From: the human T2T-CHM13v2.0 reference genome, Homo sapiens
DNA: 64,000 bases
Direction of reading: 5' to 3'
Assembly (NCBI GenBank): GCA_009914755.4
Contig: CP068257.2
Coordinates: 576,001-640,000, forward strand
Shown here: piece after piece, positions 42,678 through 56,489 of the stretch
How the letters are laid out: every line of letters begins with the position of its first letter
Numbering within the stretch: the stretch's first letter is position 1
Notes under the pieces: model-generated
The model's database searches: none
What the model was told of the DNA's origin: nothing
What the model saw: the letters and a program-made list of their open reading frames with translations, nothing else
Made by a program: the position numbers and the translations under genes

Positions 42678-44647
42678 CTCTTCGATCTGCCTATGGGGGC
42701 ATTGTGACAACTCTCTGCACTGATCACCCAGGTGATGTAACTGTTGTGTAACCTCTGCCTACAGGGGAATTGTGAGAGATCTCGCCACTGATCACCCAAG
42801 TGATGTAACCATTGTCTAGGCTTTGCGTACAGGGGGCTTTGTGACATACCTTTGCACTGATCACCCAGGTGATGTAACACATCTAAGTTCGGCCTAAAGG
42901 AGCTTTGTGACATATCTGTGCACTGATCACTTAGGTGATGGAACACTTTCATAAGCACTGCCGACAGGGAATTTTGACAAATCTCTGCACTGATCACCTA
43001 GGTGATGTAACGCTTGTCTACCCTCTGTCCAACGGGGCATTGTGAAATATCTCTGCACTGATCACCCAGGTGATTCAACTCTTGACTAGGATCTGCCTAC
43101 AGAGGTTATTGAGAAATATCTCTGCACTGATAAACTAGGTGGTGTAATCCTTATCGAAGCTCTGCCTACAGGGGCGTTTTCACATATCCCTGAAGTGATG
43201 ACAAAGGTGATGTAACTGTTGCCTAGGCTTTGCCTACAGGGGACATAGGACATATATCTGCACTGATCACCCAGGTGATGCAACTCTAGCCTAGGCTTTG
43301 CCTACAGGGGACATTGTGACATACCTCTGCACTGATCTCCCAGGTGCTGTAACATTAGTCTAGACTCTGGCTACACGGCATTGTGACATATCTCTGCACT
43401 GATCTCCCAGGTGCTGTAACATTAGTCTAGACTCTGGCTACACGGCATTGTGACATATCACTGCACTGATCAACCAGGTGATATAACTCTTGTCTAGGCT
43501 CTGCCTACAGGGGGCTTGTGACATATCTCTACACTGATCACCCAGGTGATATAACTCTTCTCTAGGATCTGCCTACAGGGTGCTTTGTGACATATCCCTG
43601 CAATGATCACCCAGGTGATCTAACTCTTGTTTAAGCTCTGCCTAAAGGGGCATTGTGACAGATCTCTGCACTGATCACTCAGGTGATGTAACTATTGTCT
43701 AGGCTCTGCTTAAAGGGGCCTTGTCACATATCTCTGCACTGATCACCCAGGTGATGTAACTCTTGTCTAGCCTCTGCTTTCACGGAATATTGTGACATAT
43801 CTATGTGCTGATCACCTTAGTGATGTAACACTTGTGTAGGCTCGGCCTACAGGGGAATCTTGACCTATCTCTGCACTGTTAACCGTGGTGATTTAACTCT
43901 TGTCTAGGCTGTGCCCACAGGGGGATTGAGACATGTCTCTGCACTGATCCCGAGGTGATCCAACTGTTGCCTGGTCTCTGCCTACTGGGGACATTGTGAC
44001 ATATATCTGCACTGATCTCCCAGGTGCTGTAACTTTAGTCTAGGCTCTGGCTAAACGGCATTGTGACATATCACTGCACTGATCACCCAGGTGATATAAA
44101 TCTTGTCTAGGCTCTGCCTACAATGGCCTTGTGACATATCTCTGCACTGATCCCCAGGTGATATAACTCTTCTCTAGGATCTGACCACAGGGTGCTTTGT
44201 GGCATTTCCCTGCAATGATCACCCAGGTGATATACCACTTGCCAAGGCTCTGCCTACAGGGGCATTGCAATGTATCTCTGCACTGATCACCTCGGTCTTG
44301 TAACTCTTTTCTAGGATCTGCCCACAGGGTGCCTTGTGACGTATCCCAGCAAGGATTACCCAGGTGATGTACCTCTCATCAAGGCTCTGCCTACAGGCAC
44401 ATTGCGATGTATCTCTGCACTGATCACCTAGGTCATGTAACTTTTGTCTAGGCTCTGCCTACGATGGCATTGTGACATATCTCTGCACTAATCATCCAAG
44501 TGATGTAACCCTTGTCTAGGATCTGCCTAAATTAACTTTGTGACATAACCCTGTACTGATCATCCAGGTGATGGGGCTTTTGTCTAGGCTCTGCCTAAGG
44601 GGGCATTGTGCATATTTCTGCATTGATCACCCAGGTGGCGAACCCTT
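42678..44647. repeat. HOR copy 23 (B 29-mer, 1970 bp; one monomer replaced by a copy of its neighbour)
   Basis: Marker spacing. Two consecutive near-identical 67-bp monomers lie at 43314-43380 and 43381-43447, where other B copies have the cgcttcaatgatcacccatgtgatgcaac monomer. Confidence 0.8.
43314..43447. repeat. Two consecutive near-identical 67-bp monomers (a monomer-scale conversion/duplication) in HOR copy 23
   Basis: ttgtgacata(c/t)ctctgcactgatctcccaggtgctgtaacattagtctagactctggctacacggca is repeated back to back. The HOR length stays at 29 monomers because the upstream monomer is missing. Confidence 0.8.
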
Positions 44648-46621
44648 CTCTTGGATCTGCCTATGGGGGAATTGTGACAAATCTCTGCACTGATCACCCA
44701 GGTGATGTAACTGTTGTGTAACCTCTGCCTACAGGGGAATTGTGAGAGATCTCGCCACTGATCACCCAAGTGATGTAACCATTGTCTAGGCTTTGCGTAC
44801 AGGGGGCTTTGTGACATACCTTTGCACTGATCACCCAGGTGATGTAACACATCTAAGTTCGGCCTAAAGGAGCTTTGTGACATATCTGTGCACTGATCAC
44901 TTAGGTGATGGAACACTTTTATAAGCACTGCCTACAGGGAATTTTGACAAATCTCTGCACTGATCACTTAGGTGATGTAACGCTTGTCTACCCTCTGTCC
45001 AACGGGGCATTGTGAAATATCTCTGCACTGATCACCCAGGTGATTCAACTCTTGACTAGGATCTGCCTACAGAGGTTATTGTGAAATATCTCTGCACTGA
45101 TAAACTAGGTGGTGTAATCCTTATCGAAGCTCTGCCTACAGGGGCGTTTTCACATATCCCTGAAGTGATGACAAAGGTGATGTAACTCTTGCCTAGGCTT
45201 TGCCTACAGGGGACATAGGACATATATCTGCACTGATCACCCAGGTGATGCAACTCTAGCCTAGGCTTTGCCTACAGGGGACATTGTGACATATCGCTTC
45301 AATGATCACCCATGTGATGCAACTCTTGCCTAGGCTTTGCCTACAGGGGACATTGTGACATATCTCTGCACTGATCTCCCAGGTGCTGTAACATTAGTCT
45401 AGACTCTGGCTACACGGCATTGTGACATATCACTGCACTGATCAACCAGGTGATATAACTCTAGTCTAGGCTCTGCCTCCAGGGGGCTTGTGACATATCT
45501 CTGCACAGATCACCTAGGTGATATAACTCTTCTCTAGGATCTGCCTACAGGGTGCTTTGCGACATATCCCTGCAATGATCACCCAGGTGATCTAACTCTT
45601 GTTTAAGCTCTGCCTAAAGGGGCCTTGTGACAGATCTCTGTACTGATCACTCAGGTGATGTAACTATTGTCTAGGCTCTGCTTAAAGGGGCCTTGTCACA
45701 TACCACTGCACTGATCACCCAGGTGATGTAACTCTTGTCTAGCCTCTGCTTTCACGGCATATTGTGACATATCTATGCGCTGATCACCTTAGTGATGTAA
45801 CACTTGTGTAGGCTCGGCCTACAGGGGAATATTGACATATCTCTGCACTGTTAACCGAGGTGATTTAACTCTTGTCTAGGCTGTGCCCACAGGGGGATTG
45901 AGACATGTCTCTGCACTGATCCCGAGGTGATCCAACTGTTGCCTGGTCTCTGCCTACTGGGGACATTGTGACATATCTCTGCACTGATCTCCCAGGTGCT
46001 GTAACTTTAGTCTAGGCTCTGGTTACAAGGCATTGTGACATATCACTGCACTGATCACCCAGGTGATATAAATCTTGTCTAGGCTCTGCCTACAATGGCC
46101 TTGTGACATATCTCTACACTGATCACCCAGGTGATATAACTCTTCTCTAGGATCTGACCACAGGGTGCTTTGTGGCATTTCCCTGCAATGATCACCCAGG
46201 TGATATACCACTTGCCAAGGCTCTGCCTACAGGGGCATTGCAATGTATCTCTGCACTGATCACCTCGGTCTTGTAACTCTTTTCTAGGATCTGCCCATTG
46301 GGTGCCTTGTGACGTGTCCCAGCAAGGATTACCCAGGTGATGTACCTCTCATCAAGGCTCTGCCTACAGGCACATTGCGATGTATCTCTGCACTGATCAC
46401 CTAGGTCATGTAACTTTTGTCTAGGCTCTGCCTACGATGGCATTGTGACATATCTCTGCACTAATCATCCAAGTGATGTAACCCTTGTCTAGGATCTGCC
46501 TAAATTAACTTTGTGACATAACCCTGTACTGATCATCCAGGTGATGGGGCTTTTGTCTAGGCTCTGCCTAAGGGGGCATTGTGACATATTTCTGCATTGA
46601 TCACCAAGGTGGCGAACTCTT
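44648..46621. repeat. HOR copy 24 (B 29-mer, 1974 bp)
   Basis: Marker spacing. Confidence 0.8.
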
Positions 46622-48594
46622 CTCTTGGATCTGCCTATGGGGGCATTGTGACAAATCTCTGCACTCATCACCCAGGTGATGTAACTGTTGTGTAACCTCT
46701 GCCTACAGGGGAATTGTGAGAGATCTCTCCACTGATCACCCAAGTGATGTAACCATTGTCTAGGCTTTGCGTACAGGGGGCTTTGTGACATACGTTTGCA
46801 CTGATCTCCCAGGTGATGTAACACATCTAAGTTCGGCCTAAAGGAGCTTTGTGACATATCTGTGCACTGATCACTTAGGTGATGGAACACTTTTATAAGC
46901 ACTGCCTACAGGGAATTTTGACAAATCTCTGCACTGATCACCTAGGTGATGTAACGCTTGTCTACCCTCTGTCCAACGGGGCATTGTGAAATATCTCTGC
47001 ACTGATCACCCAGGTGATTCAACTCTTGACTAGGATCTGCCTACAGAGGTTATTGTGAAATATCTCTGCACTGATAAACTAGGTGGTGTAATCCTTATCG
47101 AAGCTCTGCCTACAGGGGCGTTTTCACATATCCCTGAAGTGATGACAAAGGTGATGTATCTCTTGCCTAGGCTTTGCCTACAGGGGACATAGGACATATA
47201 TCTGCCCTGATCACCCAGGTGATGCAACTCTAGCCTAGGCTTTGCCTACAGGGGACATTGTGACATATCGCTTCAATGATCACCCATGTGATGCAACTCT
47301 TGCCTAGGCTTTGCTACAGGGGACATTGTGACATATCTCTGCACTGATCTCCCAGGTGGTGTAACATTAGTCTAGACTCTGGCTACACGGCATTGTGACA
47401 TATCACTGCACTGATCAACCAGGTGATATAACTCTTGTCTAGGCCCTGCCTACAGGGGGTTTCTGACATATCTCTGCACTGATCACCCAGGTGATATAAC
47501 TCTTCTCTGGGATCTGCCTACAGGGTGCTTTGCGACATATCCCTGAAATGATCACCCAGGTGATCTAACTCTTGCTTATGCTCTGCCTAAAGGGGCCTTG
47601 TGACAGATATCTGCACTGATCACTCAGGTGATGTAACTATTTTCTAGCCTCTGCTTAAAGGGGCCTTGTCACATACCTCTGCACTGATCACCCAGGTGAT
47701 GTAACTCTTGTCTAGCCTCTGCTTTCATGGCATCTTGTGACATATCTATGCGCTGATCACCTTAGTGATGAAACACTTGTGTAGGCTCGGCCTACAGGGG
47801 AATATTGACATATCTCTGCACTGTTAACCGAGGTGATTTAACTCTTCTCTAGGCTGTGCCCACAGGGGGATTGAGACATGTCTCTGCACTGATCCCGAGG
47901 TGATCCAACTGTTGCCTGGTCTCTGCCTACTGGGGACATTGTGACATATCTCTGCACTGATCTCCCAGGTGCTGTAACTTTAGTCTAGGCTCTGGCTACA
48001 CGGCATTGTGACATATCACTGCACTGATCACCCAGGTGATATAAATCTTGTCTAGGCTCTGCCTACAATGGCCTTGTGACATATCTCTGCACTGATCACC
48101 CAGGTGATATAACTCTTCTCTAGGATCTTACCACAGGGTGCTTTGTGGCATTTCCCTGCAATGATCACCCAGGTGATATACCACTTGCCAAGGCTCTCAC
48201 TACAGGGGCATTGCAATGTATCTCTGCACTGATCACCTCGGTCTTGTAACTCTTTTCTAGGATCTGCCCACAGGGTGCCTTGTGACGTATCCCAGCAAAG
48301 ATTACCCAGGTGATGTACCTCTCATCAAGGCTCTGCCTACAGGCACATGGCGATGTATCTCTGCACTGATCACCTAGGTCATGTAACTTTTGTCTAGGCT
48401 CTGCCTACGATGGCATTGTGACATATCTCTGCACTAATCATCCAAGTGATGTAACCCTTGTCTAGGATCTGCCTAAATTAACTTTGTGACATAACCCTGT
48501 ACTGATCATCCAGGTGATGGGGCTTTTGTCTAGGCTCTGCCTAAGGGGGCATTGTGACATATTTCTGCATTGATCACCCAGGTGGCGAACTCTT
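46622..48594. repeat. HOR copy 25 (B 29-mer, 1973 bp)
   Basis: Marker spacing. Confidence 0.8.
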
Positions 48595-50568
48595 CTCTTG
48601 GATCTGCCTATGGGGGCATTGTGACAAATCTCTGCACTGATCACCCAGGTGATGTAACTGTTGTGTAACCTCTGCCTACAGGGGAATTGTGAGAGATCTC
48701 GCCACTGATCACCCAAGTGATGTAACCATTGTCTAGGCTTTGCGTACAGGGGGCTTTGTGACATACCTTTGCACTGATCACCCAGGTGATGTAACACATC
48801 TAAGTTCGGCCTAAAGGAGCTTTGTGACATATCTGTGCACTGATCACTTAGGTGATGGAACACTTTTATAAGCACTGCCTACAGGGAATTTTGACAAATC
48901 TCTGCACTGATCACCTAGGTGATGTAACGCTTGTCTACCCTCTGTCCAACGGGGCATTGTGAAATATCTCTGCACTGATCACCCAGGTGATTCAACTCTT
49001 GACTAGGATCTGCCTACAGAGGTTATTGTGAAATATCTCTGCACTGATAAACTAGGTGGTGTAATCCTTATCGAAGCTCTGCCTACAGGGGCGTTTTCAC
49101 ATATCGCTGAAGTGATGACAAAGGTGATGTAACTCTTGCCTAGGCTTTGCCTACAGGGGACATAGGACATATATCTGCACTGATCACCCAGGTGATGCAA
49201 CTCTAGCCTAGGCTTTGCCTACAGGGGACATTGTGACATATCGCTTCAATGATCACCCATGTGATGCAACTCTTGCCTAGGCTTTGCCTACAGGGGACAT
49301 TGTGACATATCTCTACACTGATCTCCCAGGTGCTGTAACATTAGTCTAGACTCTGGCTACACGGCATTGTGACATATCACTGCACTGATCAACCAGGTGA
49401 TATAACTCTTGTCTAGGCCCTGCCTACAGGGGGCTTGTGACATATCTCTGCACTGATCACCCAGGTGATATAACTCTTCTCTGGGATCTGCCTACAGGGT
49501 GCTTTGCGACATATCCCTGAAATGATCACCCAGGTGATCTAACTCTTGCTTATGCTCTGCCTAAAGGGGCCTTGTGACAGATATCTGCACTGATCACTCA
49601 GGTGATGTAACTATTTTCTAGCCTCTGCTTAAAGGGGCCTTGTCACATACCTCTGCACTGATCACCCAGGTGATGTAACTCTTGTCTAGCCTCTGCTTTC
49701 ATGGCATCTTGTGACATATCTATGCGCTGATCACCTTAGTGATGAAACACTTGTGTAGGCTCGGCCTACAGGGGAATATTGACATATCTCTGCACTGTTA
49801 ACCGAGGTGATTTAACTCTTCTCTAGGCTGTGCCCACAGGGGGATTGAGACATGTCTCTGCACTGATCCCGAGGTGATCCAACTGTTGCCTGGTCTCTGC
49901 CTACTGGGGACATTGTGACATATCTCTGCACTGATCTCCCAGGTGCTGTAACTTTAGTCTAGGCTCTGGCTACACGGCATTGTGACATATCACTGCACTG
50001 ATCACCCAGGTGATATAAATCTTGTCTAGGCTCTGCCTACAATGGCCTTGTGACATATCTCTGCACTGATCACCCAGGTGATATAACTCTTCTCTAGGAT
50101 CTTACCACAGGGTGCTTTGTGGCATTTCCCTGCAATGATCACCCAGGTGATATACCACTTGCCAAGGCTCTCACTACAGGGGCATTGCAATGTATCTCTG
50201 CACTGATCACCTCGGTCTTGTAACTCTTTTCTAGGATCTGCCCACAGGGTGCCTTGTGACGTATCCCAGCAAAGATTACCCAGGTGATGTACCTCTCATC
50301 AAGGCTCTGCCTACAGGCACATGGCGATGTATCTCTGCACTGATCACCTAGGTCATGTAACTTTTGTCTAGGCTCTGCCTACGATGGCATTGTGACATAT
50401 CTCTGCACTAATCATCCAAGTGATGTAACCCTTGTCTAGGATCTGCCTAAATTAACTTTGTGACATAACCCTGTACTGATCATCCAGGTGATGGGGCTTT
50501 TGTCTAGGCTCTGCCTAAGGGGGCATTGTGACATATTTCTGCATTGATCACCCAGGTGGCGAACTCTT
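48595..50568. repeat. HOR copy 26 (B 29-mer, 1974 bp)
   Basis: Marker spacing. Confidence 0.8.
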
Positions 50569-52541
50569 CTCTTGGATCTGCCTATGGGGGCATTGTGACA
50601 AATCTCTGCACTGATCACCCAGGTGATGTAACTGTTGTGTAACCTCTGCCTACAGGGGAATTGTGAGAGATCTCGCCACTGATCACCCAAGTGATGTAAC
50701 CATTGTCTAGGCTTTGCGTACAGGGGGCTTTGTGACATACCTTTGCACTGATCACCCAGGTGATGTAACACATCTAAGTTCGGCCTAAAGGAGCTTTGTG
50801 ACATATCTGTGCACTGATCACTTAGGTGATGGAACACTTTTATAAGCACTGCCTACAGGGAATTTTGACAAAACTCTGCACTGATCACCTAGGTGATGTA
50901 ACGCTTGTCTACCCTCTGTCCAACGGGGCATTGTGAAATATCTCTGCACTGATCACCCAGGTGATTCAACTCTTGACTAGGATCTGCCTACAGAGGTTAT
51001 TGTGAAATATCTCTGCACTGATAAACTAGGTGGTGTAATCCTTATCGAAGCTCTGCCTACAGGGGCGTTTTCACATATCTCTGAAGTGATGACAAAGGTG
51101 ATGTAACTCTTGCCTAGGCTTTGCCTACAGGGGACATAGGACATATATCTGCACTGATCACCCAGGTGATGCAACTCTAGCCTAGGCTTTGCCTACAGGG
51201 GACATTGTGACATATCGCTTCAATGATCACCCAGGTGATGCAACTCTTGCCTAGGCTTTGCTACAGGGGACATTGTGACATATCTCTGCACTGATCTCCC
51301 AGGTGCTGTAACATTAGTGTAGACTCTGGCTACACGGCATTGTGACATATCACTGCACTGATCAACCAGGTGATATAACTCTTGTCTAGGCCCTGCCTAT
51401 AGGGGGCTTCTGACATATCTCTGCACTGATCACCCAGGTGATATAACTCTTCTCTGGGATCTGCCTACAGGGTGCTTTGCGACATATCCCTGCAATGATC
51501 ACCCAGGTGATCTAACTCTTGCTTATGCTCTGCCTAAAGGGGCCTTTTGACAGATATCTGCACTGATCACTCAGGTGATGTAACTATTTTCTAGGCTCTG
51601 CTTAAAGGGGCCTTGTCACATACCTCTGCACTGATCACCCAGGTGATGTAACTCTTGTCTAGCCTCTGCTTTCACTGCATATTGTGACATATCTATGCGC
51701 TGACCACCTTAGTGATGAAACACTTGTGTAGGCTCGGCCTACAGGGGAATATTGACATATCTCTGCACTGTTAACCGAGGTGATTTAACTCTTGTCTAGG
51801 CTGTGCCCACAGGGGGATTGAGACATGTCTCTGCACTGATCCCGAGGTGATCCAACTGTTGCCTGGTCTCTGCCTACAGGGGACATTGTGACATATCTCT
51901 GCACTGATCTCCCAGGTGCTGTAACTTTAGTCTAGGCTCTGGCTACACGGCATTGTGACATATCACTGCACTGATCTCCCAGGTGATATAAATCTTGTCT
52001 AGGCTCTGCCTACAATGGCCTTGTGACATATCTCTGCACTGATCACCCAGGTGATATAACTCTTCTCTAGGATCTGACCACAGGGTGCTTTGTGGCATTT
52101 CCCTGTAATGATCACCCAGGTGATATACCACTTGACAAGGCTCTGCCTACAGGGGCATTGCAATGTATCTCTGCACTGATCACCTCGGTCTTGTAACTCT
52201 TTTCTAGGATCTGCCCATTGGGTGCCTTGTGACGTGTCCCAGCAAGGATTACCCAGGTGATGTACCTCTCATCAAGGCTCTGCCTACAGGCACATTGCGA
52301 TGTATCTCTGCACTGATCACCTAGGTCATGTAACTTTTGTCTAGGTTCTGCCTACGATGGCATTGTGACATATCTCTGCACTAATCATCCAAGTGATGTA
52401 ACCCTTGTCTAGGATCTGCCTAAATTAACTATGTGACATAACCCTGTACTGATCATCCAGGTGATGGGGCTTTTGTCTAGGCTCTGCCTAAGGGGGCATT
52501 GTGACATATTTCTGCATTGATCACCAAGGTGGCGAACTCTT
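50569..52541. repeat. HOR copy 27 (B 29-mer, 1973 bp)
   Basis: Marker spacing. Confidence 0.8.
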
Positions 52542-54515
52542 CTCTTGGATCTGCCTATGGGGGCATTGTGACAAATCTCTGCACTGATCACCCAGGTGAT
52601 GTAACTGTTGTGTAACCTGTGCCTACAGGGGAATTGTGAGAGATCTCTCCACTGATCACCCAAGTGATGTAACCATTGTCTAGGCTTTGCGTACAGGGGG
52701 CTTTGTGACATACGTTTGCACTGATCACCCAGGTGATGTAACACATCTAAGTTCGGCCTAAAGGAGCTTTGTGACATATCTGTGCACTGATCACTTAGGT
52801 GATGGAACACTTTTATAAGCACTGCCTACAGGGAATTTTGACAAATCTCTGCACTGATCACCTAGGTGATGTAACGCTTTTCTACCCTCTGTCCAACGGG
52901 ACATTGTGAAATATCTCTGCACTGATCACCCAGGTGATTCAACTCTTGACTAGGATCTGCCTACAGAGGTTATTGTGAAATATCTCTGCACTGATAAACT
53001 AGGTGGTGTAATCCTTATCGAAGCTCTGCCTACAGGGGCGTTTTCACATATCCCTGAAGTGATGACAAAGGTGATGTAACTCTTGCCTAGGCTTTGCCTA
53101 CAGGGGACATAGGACATATATCTGCACTGATCACCCAGGTGATGCAACTCTAGCCTAGGCTTTGCCTACAGGGGACATTGTGACATATCGCTTCAATGAT
53201 CACCCATGTGATGCAACTCTTGCCTAGGCTTTGCCTACAGGGGACATTGTGACATATCTCTGCACTGATCTCCCAGGTGCTGTAACATAATTCTAGACAC
53301 TGGCTACACGGCATTGTGACATATCACTGCACTGATCAACCAGGTGATATAACTCTTGTCTAGGCCCTGCCTACAGGGGGCTTGTGACATATCTCTGCAC
53401 TGATCACCCAGGTGATATAACTCTTCTCTAGGATCTGCCTACAGGGTGCTTTGCGACATATCCCTGCAATGATCACCCAGGTGATCTAACTCTTGTTTAA
53501 GCTCTGCCTAAAGGGGCCTTGTGACAGATCTCTGTACTGATCACTCAGGTGATGTAACTATTGTCTAGGCTCTGCTTAAAGGGGCCTTGTCACATACCAC
53601 TGCACTGATCACCCAGGTGATGTAACTCTTGTCTAGCCTCTGCTTTCACGGCATATTGTGACATATCTAAGCGCTGATCACCTTAGTGATGTAACACTTG
53701 TGTAGGCTCGGCCTACAGGGGAATATTGACATATCTCTGCACTGTTAACCGATGTGATTTAACTCTTGTCTAGGCTGTGCCCACAGGGGGATTGAGACAT
53801 GTCTCTGCACTGATCCCGAGGTGATCCAACTGTTGCCTGGTCTCTGCCTACTGGGGACATTGTGACATATCTCTGCACTGATCTCCCAGGTGCTGTAACT
53901 TTAGTCTAGGCTCTGGTTACACGGCATTGTGACATATCACTGCACTGATCACCCAGGTGATATAAATCTTGTCTAGGCTCTGCCTACAATGGCCTTGTGA
54001 CATATCTCTTTACTGATCACCCACGTGATATAACTCTTCTCTAGGATCTGACCACAGGGTGCTTTGTGGCATTTCCCTGCAATGATCACCCAGGTGATAT
54101 ACCACTTGCCAAGGCTCTGCCTACAGGGGCATTGCAATGTATCTCTGCATTGATCACCTCGGTCTTGTAACTCTTTTCTAGGATCTGCCCACAAGGTGCC
54201 TTGTGACATATCCCAGCAAGGATTACCCAGGTGATTTACCTCTCATCAAGGCTCTGCCTACAGGCACATGGCGATGTATCTCTGCACTGATCACCTAGGT
54301 CATGTAACTTTTGTCTAGGCTCCGCCTACGATGGCATTGTGACATATCTCTGCACTAATCATCCAAGTGATGTAACCCTTGTCTAGGATCTGCCTAAATT
54401 AAGTTTGTGACATAACCCTGTACTGATCATCCAGGTGATGGGGCTTTTGTCTAGGCTCTGCCTAAGGGGGCATTGTGACATATTTCTGCATTGATCCACC
54501 AGGTGGCGAACTCTT
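52542..54515. repeat. HOR copy 28 (B 29-mer, 1974 bp)
   Basis: Marker spacing. Confidence 0.8.
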
Positions 54516-56489
54516 CTCTTGGATCTGCCTATGGGGGCATTGTGACAAATCTCTGCACTGATCACCCATGTGATGTAACTGCTGTGTAACCTCTGCCTAC
54601 AGGGGAATTGGGAGAGATCTCGCCACTGATCACCCAAGTGATGTAACCATTGTCTAGGCTTTGCGTACAGGGGACTTTGTGACATACCTTTGCACTGTTC
54701 ACCCAGGTGATGTAACACATCTAAGTTCGGCCTAAAGGAGCTTTGTGACATATCTGTGCACTGATCACTTAGGTGATGGAACACTTTTATAAGCACTGCC
54801 TACAGGGAATTTTGACAAATCTCTGCACTGATCACCTAGGTGATGTAACGCTTGTCTACCCTCTGTCCAACGGGGCATTGTGAAATATCTCTGCACTGAT
54901 CACCCAGGTGATTCAACTCTTGACTAGGATCTGCATACAGAGGTTATTGTGAAATATCTCTGCACTGATAAACTAGGTGGTGTAATCCTTATCGAAGCTC
55001 TGCCTACAGGGGCGTTTTCACATATCCCTGAAGTGATGACAAAGGTGATGTAACTCTTGCCTAGGCTTTGCCTACAGGGGACATAGGACATATATCTGCA
55101 CTGATCACCCAGGTGATGCAACTCTAGCCTAGGCTTTGCCTACAGGGGACATTGTGACATATCGCTTCAATGATCACCCAGGTGATGCAACTCTTGCCTA
55201 GGCTTTGCCTACAGGGGACATTGTGACATATCTCTGCACTGATCTCCCAGGTGCTGTAACATTAGTGTAGACTCTGGCTACACGGCATTGTGACATATCA
55301 CTGCACTGATCAACCAGGTGATATAACTCTTGTCTAGGCCCTGCCTACAGGGGGCTTCTGACATATCTCTGCACTGATCACCCAGGTGATATAACTCTTC
55401 TCTGGGATCTGCCTACAGGGTGCTTTGCGACATATCCCTGCAATGATCACCCAGGTGATCTAACTCTTGCTTATGCTCTGCCTAAAGGGGCCTTTTGACA
55501 GATATCTGCACTGATCACTCAGGTGATGTAACTATTTTCTAGGCTCTGCTTAAAGGGGCCTTGTCACATACCTCTGCACTGATCACCCAGGTGATGTAAC
55601 TCTTGTCTAGCCTCTGCTTTCACTGCATATTGTGACATATCTATGCGCTGACCACCTTAGTGATGAAACACTTGTGTAGGCTCGGCCTACAGGGGAATAT
55701 TGACATATCTCTGCACTGTTAACCGAGGTGATTTAACTCTTGTCTAGGCTGTGCCCACAGGGGGATTGAGACATGTCTCTGCACTGATCCCGAGGTGATC
55801 CAACTGTTGCCTGGTCTCTGCCTACAGGGGACATTGTGACATATCTCTGCACTGATCTCCCAGGTGCTGTAACTTTAGTCTAGGCTCTGTTTACACGGCA
55901 TTGTGACATATCACTGCACTGATCTCCCAGGTGATATAAATCTTGTCTAGGCTCTGCCTACAATGGCCTTGTGACATATCTCTGCACTGATCACCCAGGT
56001 GATATAACTCTTCTCTAGGATCTGACCACAGGGTGCTTTGTGGCATTTCCCTGTAATGATCACCCAGGTGATATACCACTTGACAAGGCTCTGCCTACAG
56101 GGGCATTGCAATGTATCTCTGCACTGATCACCTCGGTCTTGTAACTCTTTTCTAGGATCTGCCCATTGGGTGCCTTGTGACGTGTCCCAGCAAGGATTAC
56201 CCAGGTGATTTACCTCTCATTAAGGCTCTGCCTACAAGCACATGGCGATGTATCTCTGCACTGATCACCTAGGTCATGTAACTTTTGTCTAGGCTCTGCC
56301 TACGATGGCATTGTGACATATCTCTGCACTAATCATCCAAGTGATGTAACCCTTGTCTAGGATCTGCCTAAATTAACTTTGTGACATAACCCTGTACTGA
56401 TCATCCAGGTGATGGGGCTTTTGTCTAGGCTCTGCCTAAGGGGGCATTGTGACATATTTCTGCATTGATCACCCAGGTGGCCAACTCTT
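54516..56489. repeat. HOR copy 29 (B 29-mer, 1974 bp)
   Basis: Marker spacing. Confidence 0.8.
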
